A stretch of DNA of 59,436 bases, counting the filler, from Bipalium vagum (lineage: Eukaryota): the NCBI GenBank assembly GCA_037834085.1. It is 3 parts of 3 records of this genome, joined end to end, with 100 filler letters (N's around TTAATTAATTAA, not from the genome) between each part and the next. Parts side by side here need not be neighbours in the genome. Positions count along the whole stretch, not along the records: positions 1 to 19,003 come from JBBMKC010013488.1; positions 19,104 to 35,991 come from JBBMKC010088021.1; 1 more part is not named here. The stretch is one strand, 5' to 3'. A program made the position numbers and the translations under genes. The notes under the pieces were generated by a model. It was not told where the DNA came from. It saw nothing but the letters and a program-made list of their open reading frames with translations, and did not search any database. Below are positions 13,601-26,640 of the stretch, in pieces (positions within the stretch are counted from its first letter, which is position 1; the number at the start of each line of letters is the position of its first letter).

Positions 13601-14952
13601 CTGGAAAAAACACCCGAAGACATTGAAACGATCAGCACGAATAGATTCATCGAACATTGTATAATCAATAAAAAAAGCTTGATTACCGGTGATCAAAGTA
13701 AAGAATGATATTTAAGAGCTTGGAAAAGTCATTGAAACGAACTTCTCTTATCCTCCCTCTCTTGGTTTTCATTGTATTTTATGTCTTACTTATAAACAAG
13801 AATTTCAACAATCCCATTTCCTTTGATGTCATGGTAACAAAAAAGTCAAGGAAAGAGGTCTGTCAAAGTTTTCAGAAGAATAGTTCGATCAGTACTATCT
13901 TGTGATCTGATAATGTCTGAAACAAATTAAGTCCTCAATTTTGAACACTGAACACAGAAAGAGGCAATATTTTCTGTTCCTTTATATCAAAATTTCCGAC
14001 TTTGACACGTTTATCGTTGGAAGAGAGATTCGATGTCCTTGGCATTATTCAAAATAAATTGGGTAACTGACACATTGACTCTGTGATAAAGCCTTTTACT
14101 CAAGTTCTTGCTGGTACTTGTTCTTGATTAATGGTGCTCAGACACAAAATAATATTTATATTCCTGAATACGACGATGGTTGGAGAGTCACTTTTCTTCT
14201 TGGTTGTCACTTAAATCTTAGACACGAGAATCAGAGGAGCGACTACTTGAACTTTTCTGATACTGTGGTAACGAAACAAAGTCCGCTAGATTTCCCAGAA
14301 GAATATTTCCACTAGAACTGTCTTGACACGTCACAATATCTCACAAAAGACACAAAAATCTCTAACAACAAGAACAGAAAACAATAATATTGATTACTTC
14401 AACCCTTTTACATCAAAATCTCAAACTTCAACCGCCGATTGTCGGCAAAAAAAGAGAAAAAATTAACAAAATCAAAGGAGATGTTCAATAATATTCCAAT
14501 ATATTTGTCAATAATCAAATAATCGATAATAAAACTAAAATCTATATCCAATACAATTGATTGTGAAATTTTACACCGAACAATTGCATACCTGGATAGA
14601 AATCGTTGGCCTTGGACATTTTAACTTTTGCGCCGGTTTCTTTCTGAATCTGACCGATGGCCTCACCGCCTTTGCCGATGATTGCTCCAGCTGCAACCGA
14701 TGGCACCAGAATTTTGAAATGAACGTTTTCATTCACTGGAAAATCGATTTTAATTAATATCTGTGGTGAAAAGTTGAAATTCTATCAGCTGAAAATCGTT
14801 ACAAATCTCACAAAAATTAACTGTCATTTAATTTACAATCAAGACGCACAATTAGAACTTTTCATATTACTTCCCTGAGAACTTTCGTCCGACGGCTTGG
14901 ACCATCCTTCTTGTGAAAAATCGTAGTCTGATTCTTTGTCACTTCCATTCAT
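2774..14952 (-). CDS. nova: Nova/Pasilla-family KH-domain RNA-binding splicing factor, 7 coding exons, 641 aa
   Basis: Exons (minus): 14952-14871, 14735-14592, 11525-11377, 4828-4675, 4619-4230, 4170-3788, 3397-2774. All introns GT-AG with consistent phases; total 1926 nt. KH1 [53 protein letters not shown]; KH2 [24 protein letters not shown]; Nova-specific linker [35 protein letters not shown]. Confidence 0.93.
7700..8252 (-). mobile_element. Internally deleted Tc1/mariner (DD41D/DUF4817-like) relic in Nova intron
   Basis: CAGGGTG-type end at ~8252; N-terminus [11 protein letters not shown]; C-terminal [40 protein letters not shown]. Confidence 0.55.
8520..9222 (-). mobile_element. Truncated mariner 5' half in Nova intron
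   Basis: TIR-like TGTAAAAATGTACCGGGTATT; fragments QRICLKFC and [43 protein letters not shown]. Confidence 0.75.
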
Positions 14953-15509
14953 TTTATATTATCATGATCAGCTGAAATTGAATTCAATACATAAACAATG
15001 CGCGATTAAAACAACGAGAATAATATTTGTTTTATTTTATTTAATTATTATCGATCTGTGATTTGCAGTTTGTTTTAATAAAAGTTTTCAACAATTGATT
15101 TTATTGATTTGTAATTTTATTTTCAACAGAACTGTGCTAGTGGTATTGATCAATTCATTATTGAATTTTTATTCAGACATCAGATGAGCTTGACTAGATT
15201 CCAGTCTTCCGTTTCGATGATATTTGTATAAATGATAAGATTAAAAAGAAAAGGTAGTTGGAAAATAATGGTGTAAGATCGATAAAGTTAAAATATTATG
15301 AATATTTCTTGAAATTTATTTTTATTTGTGTTGTTCCGTTTTATTTTTTATTTAAAATTGTCAAAATAAAATCAATTTTACTTAGTATCGATCAACAGTT
15401 ATTAATAAATTGATTTTATTGAATTTTTTAATTTCAACAGATTTGTTACTGGTACTAATCAATTCATTATTGAATTCTAATTAACACATCAGGAGAGCCA
15501 ATAATTACA

Positions 15510-16660
15510 CTAACATGATTTTATCATGTTAGGGTTTTTCTTTACGGTACCGAATTCATTTAATACCAAATATATTTATTGGAAAAATCTCCGTAGAGTA
15601 CAGTTAAGTTCTTGTAAATGTCATTTTGAGTTATTAAAATTTGATAGATTTGAGATGCAGCGAAAAGTCGATCAAAAACACAATTTCCGCTACCTATTGA
15701 TATTTTACTTTAATCGAGGCCAGAAAGTTGCAATAGTGGTCCAGAAAATTTTAATGTTTACGAAGACATGTTTTGGTCTGAAAGATATTTTTACATTAAA
15801 TCTTCAAGACGCTCCACAGTTTTGTCGGTCATCCAATTTCGATGATGACTAATTGATCGCATTCATGAATGAGAACAGCTGTCAAACAAGCAGAGATTTT
15901 TCTGAGAGGATGAACAGCATTTCAAAGACAGTGCTCGCAAGCCAAAGTAAAAGGAGTATTGTTTAAACCGGGTGCTTGTGTGTCATATTGGCTGAATGAA
16001 AAAATTCAAAGAAAGTCGTTTAAAAATTGTTGTGCCAGATAACGAGCAACATATGACCACAGGGAACAGTTTCTTCAAAATATCATTACAGAGAATGAGA
16101 TCTGGCACTTGTATACAACCTTGGAGTATAATAAGGGGTGGTTGGCTCTTGATTGGACATAACGTTCAGACTTAAACAAGATTTGCATTTCAAGAAAATC
16201 ATGAGATCGGTTTGATGGAATTGTGTCGATCTCATACAATGAGAAATGATACAGAGAAAGCAGACAGTTTACAAGCACCTTTACATAAATCAATTGTTTT
16301 GAGTAAATGATATTATGAGAGAGAAATGGCAAGATAAAAGAGCCAAATTCATTTTTCTCCAAGATAGCGTGAACCACACACAATAAATATTATGTTAACC
16401 AGCCCTAAGAGCTAAAAGATATTCAACAACCCCCGTATTCCCCAGATATTTTCCAAATAGATTTTTATCTTGTTTACTTGCAGTCTAACCGGATGAAGGT
16501 ATTACTTTTGAGAAGAAAGGGAACCTAAGATTAACCAATTTTTTTGAGTAGATAAACAGATTTTAAGAATAAATATTTTTACAAACTGGTGGATAGATGA
16601 AAGAAGGCCCTAAATATAACGGAAATCACATTATCGATTGATTTATATTATAAGCGAAGT
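15510..16660 (+). mobile_element. Decayed mariner upstream of Nova
   Basis: MQRKVDQKHNFRYLLIFYFNRGQK N-terminus; decayed LQDS.PH and PPYSPD motifs near 16360-16450; many frameshifts. Confidence 0.8.
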
Positions 16661-16864
16661 ATATTGTATTGATTTAAAGAGATGAGGTCTAGACTAAATT
16701 TTCTTATATGTTATAAATACTATAAGAATATAAGAGTAATAGAAGAAAAAGGAGAAGACAGGGACGTCTAAGATCGATACGTAGAAGATCAATCAGATGA
16801 AGATAGAGAAGTACAAGAAAAAGAAATAGTTAAATAAGTAAGTATTTAAGAGTTCTAATATTTA

Positions 16865-17250
16865 GTAGGATATTCTTTTGATGTTTTGACCAATTGCAAT
16901 CTTTTTGGTATGGAGGATACAATCTTCTTGCATAGATTTGGAAAAAGCTTGTATCATCCATCTTGAACTGCCTTTCATAATCCTTCAACAGAGTTGTGTG
17001 CCATTGTTAAAAATTTTCTTTTTAGGGACACTTTCAATCGAATTCATGTCAGGATAATTTCCTGGCCTTGGTGGTTTTGACCCTATGTGGTGGAGCCAAA
17101 TAATGTTGAAAGATGAGTACGGTTTTTGGGAAAACTAAGCATTTACCAATTATGTTTATGTCATAAGGAATCTCTTTTTGATATTTCTTTGCGTTCATAT
17201 TCGTATTCATTTATGTAAGTATCTAATTTTGGAGATAAGGAAAATATTGA
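16865..17250 (-). mobile_element. Tc1 transposase 3' fragment
   Basis: PGNYPDMNSIE..KAVQDG..SIPKRLQLVKTSKEYP resembles the Tc1 WPxxSPDLNPIE C-terminus. Confidence 0.55.
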
Positions 17251-17694
17251 TTAATCACAATCATAAATATATCCAAATGACATTTTCTGAAAATTTGAAT
17301 TTCCAAAATTTAAGGTAAATTTTTATTTGTTTTAATAAGTCGATGTTATGGAATTCAATTGCGGTAGACTCAAGTTCCTTCAAGAAGAATGAGTGGAAAT
17401 TGTTTCACTGATAGGTCTGATGGAATCAGTTATATTAGTCAAATGGCATTTAAAATACTTGAATAGGAAAAGGATAGCTACAGCGAGGACAAGGAGGAAG
17501 ATTTTTGTAAAATTCAAATAGACTGGGAGTATCTGTGATCTTTGGATGTCTGGATAAATATGCAAAAGAAGTGAAATTTATAAAAAAGCACAATGTAGTA
17601 CGAAAATATCTTTAACTTTATTCATAAAAGATCCAAAATATTTATATATTACATGACGACGACTGCTAAAAGAAATTAACAATAATAAATTATT

Positions 17695-17910
17695 TCTTCT
17701 GACCTAATATCACTTGATTTCTTTCTCTGAGGACATCTGAAGACATATATATGTAGAAGGAAACCAAATGATATTCATGACCTGAAAGATATTATCCAAA
17801 CGGATGGAGCCAGAATACCACCAGATATGTGTCAAAATGTTGAATGAAATAACATTAATAATTGCTTACATAAAGGTTTTAAACCTAACGGTCATTTTGT
17901 AGAAAAATAT
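17695..17910 (+). mobile_element. DD41D/DUF4817-like transposase C-terminal fragment
   Basis: SDLISLDFFL*GHLKTYICRRKPNDIHDLKDIIQ..IPPDMCQNV. Confidence 0.65.
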
Positions 17911-18029
17911 TAATTTTTAATCAATGTTTCTAAGACAAAAATGTGCTGTATTATGCTAAATGTATAATCGTACATTATTACATTTTCAAATCGGATACTT
18001 ACTTTATACATACCATGTGTGCATAGATA

Positions 18030-18397
18030 AATGTTAATATATATACTAAATATATAACAACAATTCCTTCACCTTCAAACTCGAATATCTCTTTGCAAGC
18101 ATTCCTCATGCTCAAGCCTCTTTTCCAATTGTGGCGCAACAACACTCTGATTTCCGATTTTGTAAAAGTCATCTTAATCACAAAATTTGAAAAAATTATT
18201 TATGGAAATTCAATAACTTAGAGTCAATATTTCAATATTTAAACAAATCATAAATTGCTTCTTAAATAAAATTATATAACATTTTAAACATAAAATTATG
18301 TCGCTATTAAATTTTGAAAATAATGGTAAAACCTTATTTTTAATGTAAAATTTCTTTATAAGATTTATTTGAGCACGAACTTTTGAATCACTCTAGT
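18030..18397 (-). mobile_element. Mariner 5' fragment
   Basis: TIR TACTAGAGTGATTCAAAAGTTCGTGC; MTFTKSEIRVLLRHNWKRGLSMRNACKEIFEFEGEG. Confidence 0.75.
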
Positions 18398-19003
18398 AAT
18401 TATACATTTATAGCAAATAATATATTAATATAATACATAATAATATTATATAAAAATAAAAAGAAACTTTAAAAACACGAAAGTATACGGAAATAGTTTT
18501 TCTGAAAGATATTCCAATTTTTTGAGACAAATTCTGCAAGGGAAACCACTGAGGTTTTCTCCTAGAAACTCCTACCTTAAGCAGATGTCGCTCCCAATAC
18601 TTTCTAGAACCTGTCTGCATTTCTGTTGAAACTGTGATGGTGTTTTGCAGACTTTCCGTTAACTTTTTCCATTTTTGTCCAGATTTCTTTTTCTGCAAAA
18701 GTATTTTAGTTTTGTGTTGGGTTTAGTTTTTTGCAGAAACCATTTTCCGTTTACGAAACATTTTTCATTGAAATGAAGGTGGAAAATGTTTCTTTTACTA
18801 CTTCATAAAATTTTTTCTCGTCTGTGTTTTCTTCCAAGGTTTGATGATAAATATTTATTTTTAATAAAAGTAGTTAGCAATTAAATATCTAAATAATAAT
18901 AATTAAAATAATATTTAATTAATTAATAATACAGTCAACCCTGTTCAATATGAACACGAGCGTTCCAATTTTTTCAAATGTTCATATTAAAAAATAATAT
19001 GAA

Positions 19004-19103
19004 NNNNNNNNNNNNNNNNNNNNNNNNNNNNNNNNNNNNNNNNNNNNTTAATTAATTAANNNNNNNNNNNNNNNNNNNNNNNNNNNNNNNNNNNNNNNNN
19101 NNN
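19004..19103. other. Assembly gap with artificial TTAATTAATTAA linker (also 35992-36091)
   Basis: Both gaps are exactly 100 nt: 44 N, TTAATTAATTAA, 44 N. Confidence 0.9.
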
Positions 19104-19689
19104 TTTGATTTATAATTTACAAGTTAATGATTAAATGATTAATTTAAACAATGCAGAAAATTACTTTTCTAATTTAAAATATAAGATTTGTAACAAGTGG
19201 CGCACCCTGTATATAGTCCGGGTAAAGCACGAGTAAATACATACACGTGGAATTCTTTTGAAAAATTCCTTAAACGAAAACTGACTTTCAGGTATATAAA
19301 GTGATATTGTTATATGAGAAGATCCTATTTCATGTTGTAGAACTTATCCCCGAAATTTTCAGTGTTATTATTGGATGTGTTAACCCACTTTCCTTACCGC
19401 CCAGTCATAGGTCCGTCGGATTATTTTTACTTGTTTTGGATGATGACACATGATCTGTCGAAGTAAAGCTTCAAGAAAAATGAAAATGCAAAAGATGCAA
19501 GATTGTTGATAAGTTCTAAACCAAATCAATTTTTCTAATATTGACTTCATAAATCGTCAAAACTAAGAGAAAATGTTGCAATAGCTTTTCAAATTACTTT
19601 TTATTTTTTTTAAATGAATGTCATTTAATTTTTAAAACATAAAAAGCAAGATATTTAAAATAATGTCATAATAATTGGGGAATTTTTCT

Positions 19690-19929
19690 TGCATAGCTTT
19701 CATTTACTGCTTTCAAATGTTCGTTACTTACGCCATTAGCCGGTATTCCACGGTCATCATTTTCAGTACTGAAGTTACCACTTTCAAATTTCTGAAAATA
19801 TCTTTGTGTTGATCTTTCGCTTACAGAACCATGATCCCATTCAAGAATAATATTTCTAGTTGTTTCTGATGAATTATGGGGAAGCTTAAATTCATTAAGA
19901 ATGTAAACTCAAATATATTGTTCAGCCAT
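19690..19929 (-). mobile_element. Mariner HTH fragment (Hsmar1-like)
   Basis: VYILNEFKLPHNSSETTRNI..GSVSERSTQRYFQKFESGNFSTENDDRG. Confidence 0.7.
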
Positions 19930-20169
19930 GTCCTAAGAAATCCAAAATAAAATTTATTTTTAAATTGAACTAATTACTTTTAGAATTATATGAAACGCGA
20001 AATTGGCGTTCCAGTTGATATATTAACACAATTATTGTTATAAAGATTGATTGATTAAAAATCTTTGAAATATTATGTTGTTGTACAAATTTGCTGATAA
20101 AATTTGCTAAAATAATGTTTTTCAAAAACAAGTTTATCTGTTCTTCAAAATATAAACCACAATTCACGA

Positions 20170-20570
20170 TGATAAACCAAAGCCGCCAAAAAATCCTCGT
20201 TTATCAATGTTGATGGCCAACCTGAGCTAGAATGGTTTTCCAATTTTAAATCACCTTCGTTGAAACGCCTGAACCATTTTCCCACTGGTGTCTTACTTAC
20301 TGTACCAATACCTTCTCAATCACACAAATCTCGTCGATGATAACTCTGATTGTCTGGTCTTTCCTCCAATAATGGCGAAGTTTTATTAGTTTTTATTTAT
20401 TTTAATCATTCGTTATAAAAAATTTTATTGATATATTTAATTTATTGAATTACTATTATTTCAATATTACTTAAACAAGAGCATATATAAAAATGTTGAT
20501 TATAATCATAAATCATAACAATTTTTTAAAAATGCAATTTTTGTCTCCTAATTTATGCATCAACCTAATA
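20170..20570 (-). mobile_element. Mariner 5' fragment
   Basis: TIR TATTAGGTTGATGCATAAATT; KWFRRFNEGDLKLENHSSSG. Confidence 0.65.
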
Positions 20571-20681
20571 ATAAGACTTAATCCATCATTTCATGTGGGA
20601 CAATCTGATAATATAACTATTAATTAAATTTAAAGCACATAATTAAATAATTAAAATTCCAGAATAATAAATGGAAAAACC

Positions 20682-20750
<69 letters not shown>
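20682..20750. repeat. (TTA)n microsatellite
   Basis: About 23 perfect TTA units. Confidence 0.95.
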
Positions 20751-20752
<2 letters not shown>

Positions 20753-21914
20753 CATTTTTATATAATTTGCAAATTGATCATTATAAAAGTTTAAATATTA
20801 TTCAATTCCATCATTCTTTGAACAGGAAAGCAAAGTGGGATAAATGATAATCATAGATTTAACAAAATTCTACGATTATCTGAAAATCTTAGCTGACGAT
20901 GAGAATTAAATAAAGAATTAAATTTTTTGGAGAAATAATTGGATTCTATTTTGATATTAACTATGGAAAAAATAAAACAAATTATTTGATCAGTAAAACA
21001 ATGTCAATGGAATTTATATATAATTTCTTTTCAAAACAGGCAGACAGTGGAAAGAAATAATTAATTTACAACATAGCAGGATTAGGTGATTATAATGTAA
21101 TGTGAATTTCTAACAAAAAATAATATCCTGAAAACAATTAATTATTTTAATTATCATGGAACAGCTGTAGGTAAAATAGTATTGTGAACTGTATTGCAAT
21201 TTTCCTTGGAGATTTAGCAAGAGAAAATCTGAGCTCATTAGAGCGTTCAGAATAATGCCAGAATGATTTACAATACACTTACCACAGACTAAAGGTGTTT
21301 CCTTCATCCCTTTCTTTATATTGTTAATAAAAAATGGTAACGGGTCCATATTACAAGGAGTTGAACGCCATTTATGAATGTTATTTAATGAGAAGAATAT
21401 AATACTATTATAATATATTTATTTTTATTAATTTATATTAATTAAAAGCATCCATCTTTGTGCTGTCTCAGACAATTTATAATCCAAGTCAATATTAATA
21501 TTTGTTTTAATGAGTTTCAATTTTATTTTCCGAAATCGCGAAATTAATTATAGTATAAAATAAATAATTTCAGGCTACATATTTTACGGAGAGAAATTAA
21601 TGATATATCATTATTTTGTTATTTGTTATCTTCATTATGAATTGTTTGGGGAAACGAATTAAATTTTGTGGTCTGGTAAAGCGAATATTAAACAATTTTT
21701 CCTGGAGAATGTCTAACGTGAGCTTTTTTTAATAACTCTTTCGAATTATTCTTTGATCATTAAATATTATTTAATATTTGGATTTTTTCAGCTTTTGAGA
21801 GTCATTGGAATTTTTTAATTTTGTCCTGCCCGTGTATTTAATTGATTTTTCTTGTAAAAATTAGTCCGTTGTTAATTATGTGAACATTACTCCTCAGTAT
21901 GATAATAATATTAT

Positions 21915-22025
21915 TAATAGAATTATTATTATTATTATTATTAGAATAATTATTTTCAGTATTATCATTATAATATTGGTGTTATTATTATTATTACTAT
22001 TACTATTATTATTTTGTTATTATTA

Positions 22026-22060
<35 letters not shown>

Positions 22061-22082
22061 ATTATTATTATTATTACTAGTA
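21915..22082. repeat. Degenerate (TAT)n microsatellite running into an assembly gap
   Basis: Poly-TAT/TTA run; gives the spurious poly-I/L/Y ORF. Confidence 0.9.
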
Positions 22083-23208
22083 NNNNNNNNNNNNNNNNNN
22101 NNNNNNNNNNNNNNNNNNNNNNNNNNNNNNNNNNNNNNNNNNNNNNNNNNNNNNNNNNNNNNNNNNNNNNNNNNNNNNNNNNNNNNNNNNNNNNNNNNNN
22201 NNNNNNNNNNNNNNNNNNTTATTATTCTACTTATTACTCCAACTACTAAAGAATAAGAATTTTTTATTATATAATATATTTAAACGTATTTTTATTATAA
22301 TTTTTTTATTATATTTTTATTCATAATAATAATTATATTTTTATTAATAATAATTAATATATGTTTTTATTAATAATAATAATTAATTTAATTTGATTTT
22401 AATTTTCTAAATAGTAAATAAAATTTTCATCGAATTTGCAAAATATAATAATAATTATTTCTATAAGTAAATTTTCATTAATACCAGAGGCCATTTATGG
22501 AATTTTGGAAATAATCTTTCGTTAAGTCATTGGCAGCGAAGGGAATTTCATCCCCATCGAATTCTGTGATAACAGAAAAATTTTAATCGAATTTAAAAAT
22601 ATATATTTAATCAAGTAATGTTTTCCATTTGTAACTGACTCTGCAAGAAGAAATTTCCACCAAACAATAGTGCCACTCTCGTTGTGTTTATCGGGAAATC
22701 GTTTGTATATTAGGGTGGGGCCATATCTTTTTCTCTGTCAGTTTCAAACTGATCAGAAAAATTCGCTATTAAAACAATAAATTTATATCAACAGACAGTT
22801 TTACATGAGAATATTTGTTGTTTACTGAATTTTCCCCTACTTAATGAGATAATTTAAATATTATCACAATTAAACAAGTTTCGTTTGATCGATCTCTTAT
22901 TATAACAAAAATTTCGTTACAAAATTTCATTAATTATTTAATTTCAGTATCGAGTGCTCTTGAAAATTAATTGAAAGGATATTTTGTTTGTGATTTTCTT
23001 AATCATCATTAAATATTTTAATTATTTATTGATTTTTTTTAATTTAATTAATTTTTTTAATTTAATTTCACATTATCCTTTAATTAATCAATTAATCTTT
23101 TAATTACTTTAAGTTTTTAATAGATTTATTTGTTTGAAATGTATAGATTTTTTTTCAAAGATAATCTTTGACCAAATAGAATGGACTTTGCTTCTAGGGA
23201 ATAATGTA

Positions 23209-24393
23209 TTGGATTGGTGAGAAAGTTCGCGCGCTAATTAATTTTGAAATTTGAAAATCAAATTTTCATAAATTAATCATTCAGTAACATAACATATTTA
23301 ATAACATAATAGTCTCAGGTGACAATTAGAATATCATTATACAAGATAAAATTTCTATTTTCGTCATATTGTGTTTCATTTTGAAAAAGATAAGCATTAT
23401 ATTATTTATAAATATTATATTAATTTTAAAAGGTAAGCGAGTCTTCAATGGACATAGGACAATATTTAAAGTATATAGAAGGGATGCTTTAACAATACGA
23501 GTATGCCAAACATCTTTTACCAAACTCAGTTGTGGAGAATTCGATATGGACGACGCATCCGCTCCAGGTGCTCATCTCACATTGATCGAAATGCTATTAA
23601 GTCTATTTTCTAAAGGATTCGGGAAATTGCAACGATACTAAAGACATCGCATACAACGATAGAAAATACTGCGTAATCTGGAATTCGTTTCGCGACTGAG
23701 GCCAATTTCATTAATTTCAATACCAATTTCATTGCTGAAACGACAAGAAAACCGTCCATTCTTGAAGCAATTGGTTTCCAGTGATGAAAAGTGTGTGGTC
23801 TATGACAATGTTGGGTCTTCCCGATGATCCACCAAAGGCAGGAATACACTCCAAGAAGATCATGCTTTCTCTTTGGTGGGATTTTAAAGGTGTAATTTAT
23901 TACGAGCTGTTATCATTTTGCGAAACGATTAATTCAGATTTGTACTGCCATCAATTGACAAAAGTGAATACAATTCACGAAAATCGTCCAAGATTGGCAA
24001 ATCGAGATGGTGTTGTCTACCAACACAACAATTCCAGGCCTCATAATATCTTTGATCACCCTGAACAAATTATTGGCCCTTGGTGGGATGCTTTCCCACA
24101 TCCTTCATACTTATCGGACTTGGCCCCTACCGATACTCATTTTTTTGGTCGCTGCAGAATTCCTTAAACGAGAAAGCATTCAATGACGATGAGTCAGTCA
24201 GAAGGCACATTAACACCCTTCTTGCCAATAAACCCCGCAGTTCTACAAACGCGGCATCATGAATTTGGCGGAAAGATGGAGAAAGATCATTAATAATAGT
24301 GGTGAACATATGATTGATTAAATTTTTTTGTCAATAAAATATTTAGAATTTAATTTTTCATAAAAATGCGCACGAACTTTTTTACCAACCCAA
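23209..24393 (+). mobile_element. Near full-length decayed mariner (Mos1-like DD34D)
   Basis: TIR pair TTGGATTGGTGAGAAAGTTCGCGCG / GCGCACGAACTTTTTTACCAACCCAA with TA on both sides; KKIMLSLWWDFKGVIYYELL, HNNSRPH, HPSYLSDLAPTDTHFF. Confidence 0.92.
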
Positions 24394-24499
24394 TATATGT
24401 GTTCTGGCCAATAATGATCGGGCTAAAATGATAATGGGTGATGATATAAAATACGAAAACTTTTAAAGAGCTGCAAAGACTCATGACATTAAATAAACT

Positions 24500-25400
24500 G
24501 TTTTAAGAAGTGAAATAAATGAAGTGCGATAAGGTTATTTATTTTACAAACAAATATTTTTAATCACGCCATCTCATTACAAAATCAAGCGGACTTCGAA
24601 CGTTTTACCACAGTGAAATCTAACTGTTGGTGACAATATTCAGTCCTGCGCAATTGTTTGTCTTTGGTGGTTTGTCAATTATCCTTGTATTCCACACTTT
24701 TTAAAACACCCAAAAGTTTTCCATCGTACGACATTCGGGCAGGTTTGAAGGGTTATCAAATTTTTTTAAAAAATTGATATTTTCTCTCAAATAGGCAGTA
24801 GCAGATTAACGACAATGCCACTCCTTGTGAACAGCGATTTAGAAACACCCTTATTGGATAAACACATTGGACCACCATTCTTGACTTAAATATGGTAACT
24901 GGGCTGCTCTTGAAATTAATAGGAGTTGCAGATAAGTCACTTGAATAATATATGTTAATTCTCTGGATATTGTGCAGAGTAGAATAAAACTTGTCATCAA
25001 GAGGATTTTTTCGATTTTCCGCGATAACCGCCCCTATAATGTTTGAGTGACTTCTGTTGGTCAGTTCTCATTAATATCTTCATTTTAAAGTCTTTGACTT
25101 TAAAATGTTACAAATCTATCATTTTCCGCAATTAAATTTTCCGACAGCTCGTTTTGAAATATTTTCATTGTGGTCAAACATGGCTTGAAGGTCATTACTT
25201 GAGCAATCATGCCACTTCCTCCTTGATTTTTCGCGTGTATAATTCATTTTCAGCAAGTTGAATAATTTTAGATGGTGCATTAGTGTTTTTTTTCGTTTGT
25301 AAAAATCGGACCTGTGGTACTTTTTCCCTCAGCTCGATACCCTAGATAATAGTTTTTCACGCTATCTCTGTTGACCTCTTACTTTATCCTCATTATTTTA
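24500..25400 (-). mobile_element. Decayed DD41D/DUF4817-like Tc1-mariner
   Basis: Remnants resembling NxQNxRxW.xENP and the DFFLWG..KxxVY motifs; heavily mutated. Confidence 0.45.
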
Positions 25401-25789
25401 AAATATTTAAGATGATTAAAATAAATATTTAATCTATGTTGCACATGTTTAAATGTTTAAACCTTATACCAGGAACTTTGACAACTCTGGCCACAATGAT
25501 CCGATCTGGCTACTCAAAGTACCAAACGCCGCAGAATCGCCCTGGCTATTTATTTATGTGCTAGTAGTCTTAATGGGTTGCGGGAGCGTTGCTCCATTGA
25601 GCGCCAAAATTTCAAGATTTTCTGAATTATAAAAAACTTTTAAATGTGACGGATCATCTTTTTTATCTCCCCATTACATATTCATCTATTTTATTTTCCC
25701 CCATTACATAATCTCCTATTTTATTTCATAATAAATAACAAACAAAAATATTAATTATAAAAATTTATTAAATCAAAAATTGCCTTTTC

Positions 25790-26640
25790 ATTGTTTTTTT
25801 AATGTTTTGACGTCACATCCATTCCAACAAATAAGAAGACAAAACGCTGCCATATATACCATGTACCTTTCATGGCGATAACTTTGTTTTTTACACAACC
25901 CCATAAGCTTTCAATTCTTTGAGTGTTAGCAAAATTTTACGGATTCACAAAATTATATTTATCATTCACATTTAAGTGAATAAAATTATTTTGTTTAGAT
26001 AATTTGAAATAGCTTTTCCATTCGTCATTCATAATTATTTATCTTTTTTTGACAACCGATTGTATGATTGGTATTAAGGCTGAAGCGACTCGATTCTCCA
26101 CCAATTGAAAAAAAATAAATTGTATTGAACAATCAATTATCCCAAAACCCATAATTCGTGGTCTGGAGCCCTTTCTTTGTGATATTTTGGCTTGTGTCAA
26201 AATAATATAACTTTAATAAAATACCGAAATAGAGATTCGTCTATTTGAACCATTCTACCAGGTCCACCTAATATTGTTTTTTCTTGTCAAAATACAATTT
26301 ACAACAGATGCGCTTTTTTGAATAAAATTACAACACTGTGTTCATCGAAAGATCAGTATCTTGTATTGCAACTTTAACAGATCTTTCCTTGTCCCACAAA
26401 TACGCCAAGCATTTGTTTATATTAATTCTGGAATCTTCAAAAAAAGATTTTTCTCCTAATGGATATTTCTTTTTATAATTCTTGCATGCAATCTACATAC
26501 AACGCCATGCTAATTGGTCCTTATTTCTTGCATAGATACAAGAAATCATTGGTTTCTGAAAACAATCACAATCATCTATGACTATCATCAGCCCGTGCTC
26601 CCTAAACCATGAAATTGCTTGGATATGAGTGCCACTTATT
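25790..26640 (-). mobile_element. Merlin (IS1016/ISXO2-like) transposase pseudogene
   Basis: ILGGPGRMVQIDESLF, KPKYHK.RAPDHELWVLG, QLVENRVASALIPIIQSVV, NDEWKSY, NVNDKYNFVNP, NTQRIESLWG. Confidence 0.85.

Noticed and set aside
19048-19059. TTAATTAATTAA island in the middle of N-runs (also 36036-36047)
   Set aside because: Identical 100-nt layout at both gaps with stops in all six frames; an artificial scaffolding linker.
20800-21380. Coding-like stretch with a GTAAGT donor (ORF 21110-21349)
   Set aside because: Multiple stops in all frames and no partner exons or homology recognised.
21880-22080. 66-aa poly-Ile/Leu/Tyr ORF
   Set aside because: Translation of a (TAT)n microsatellite.
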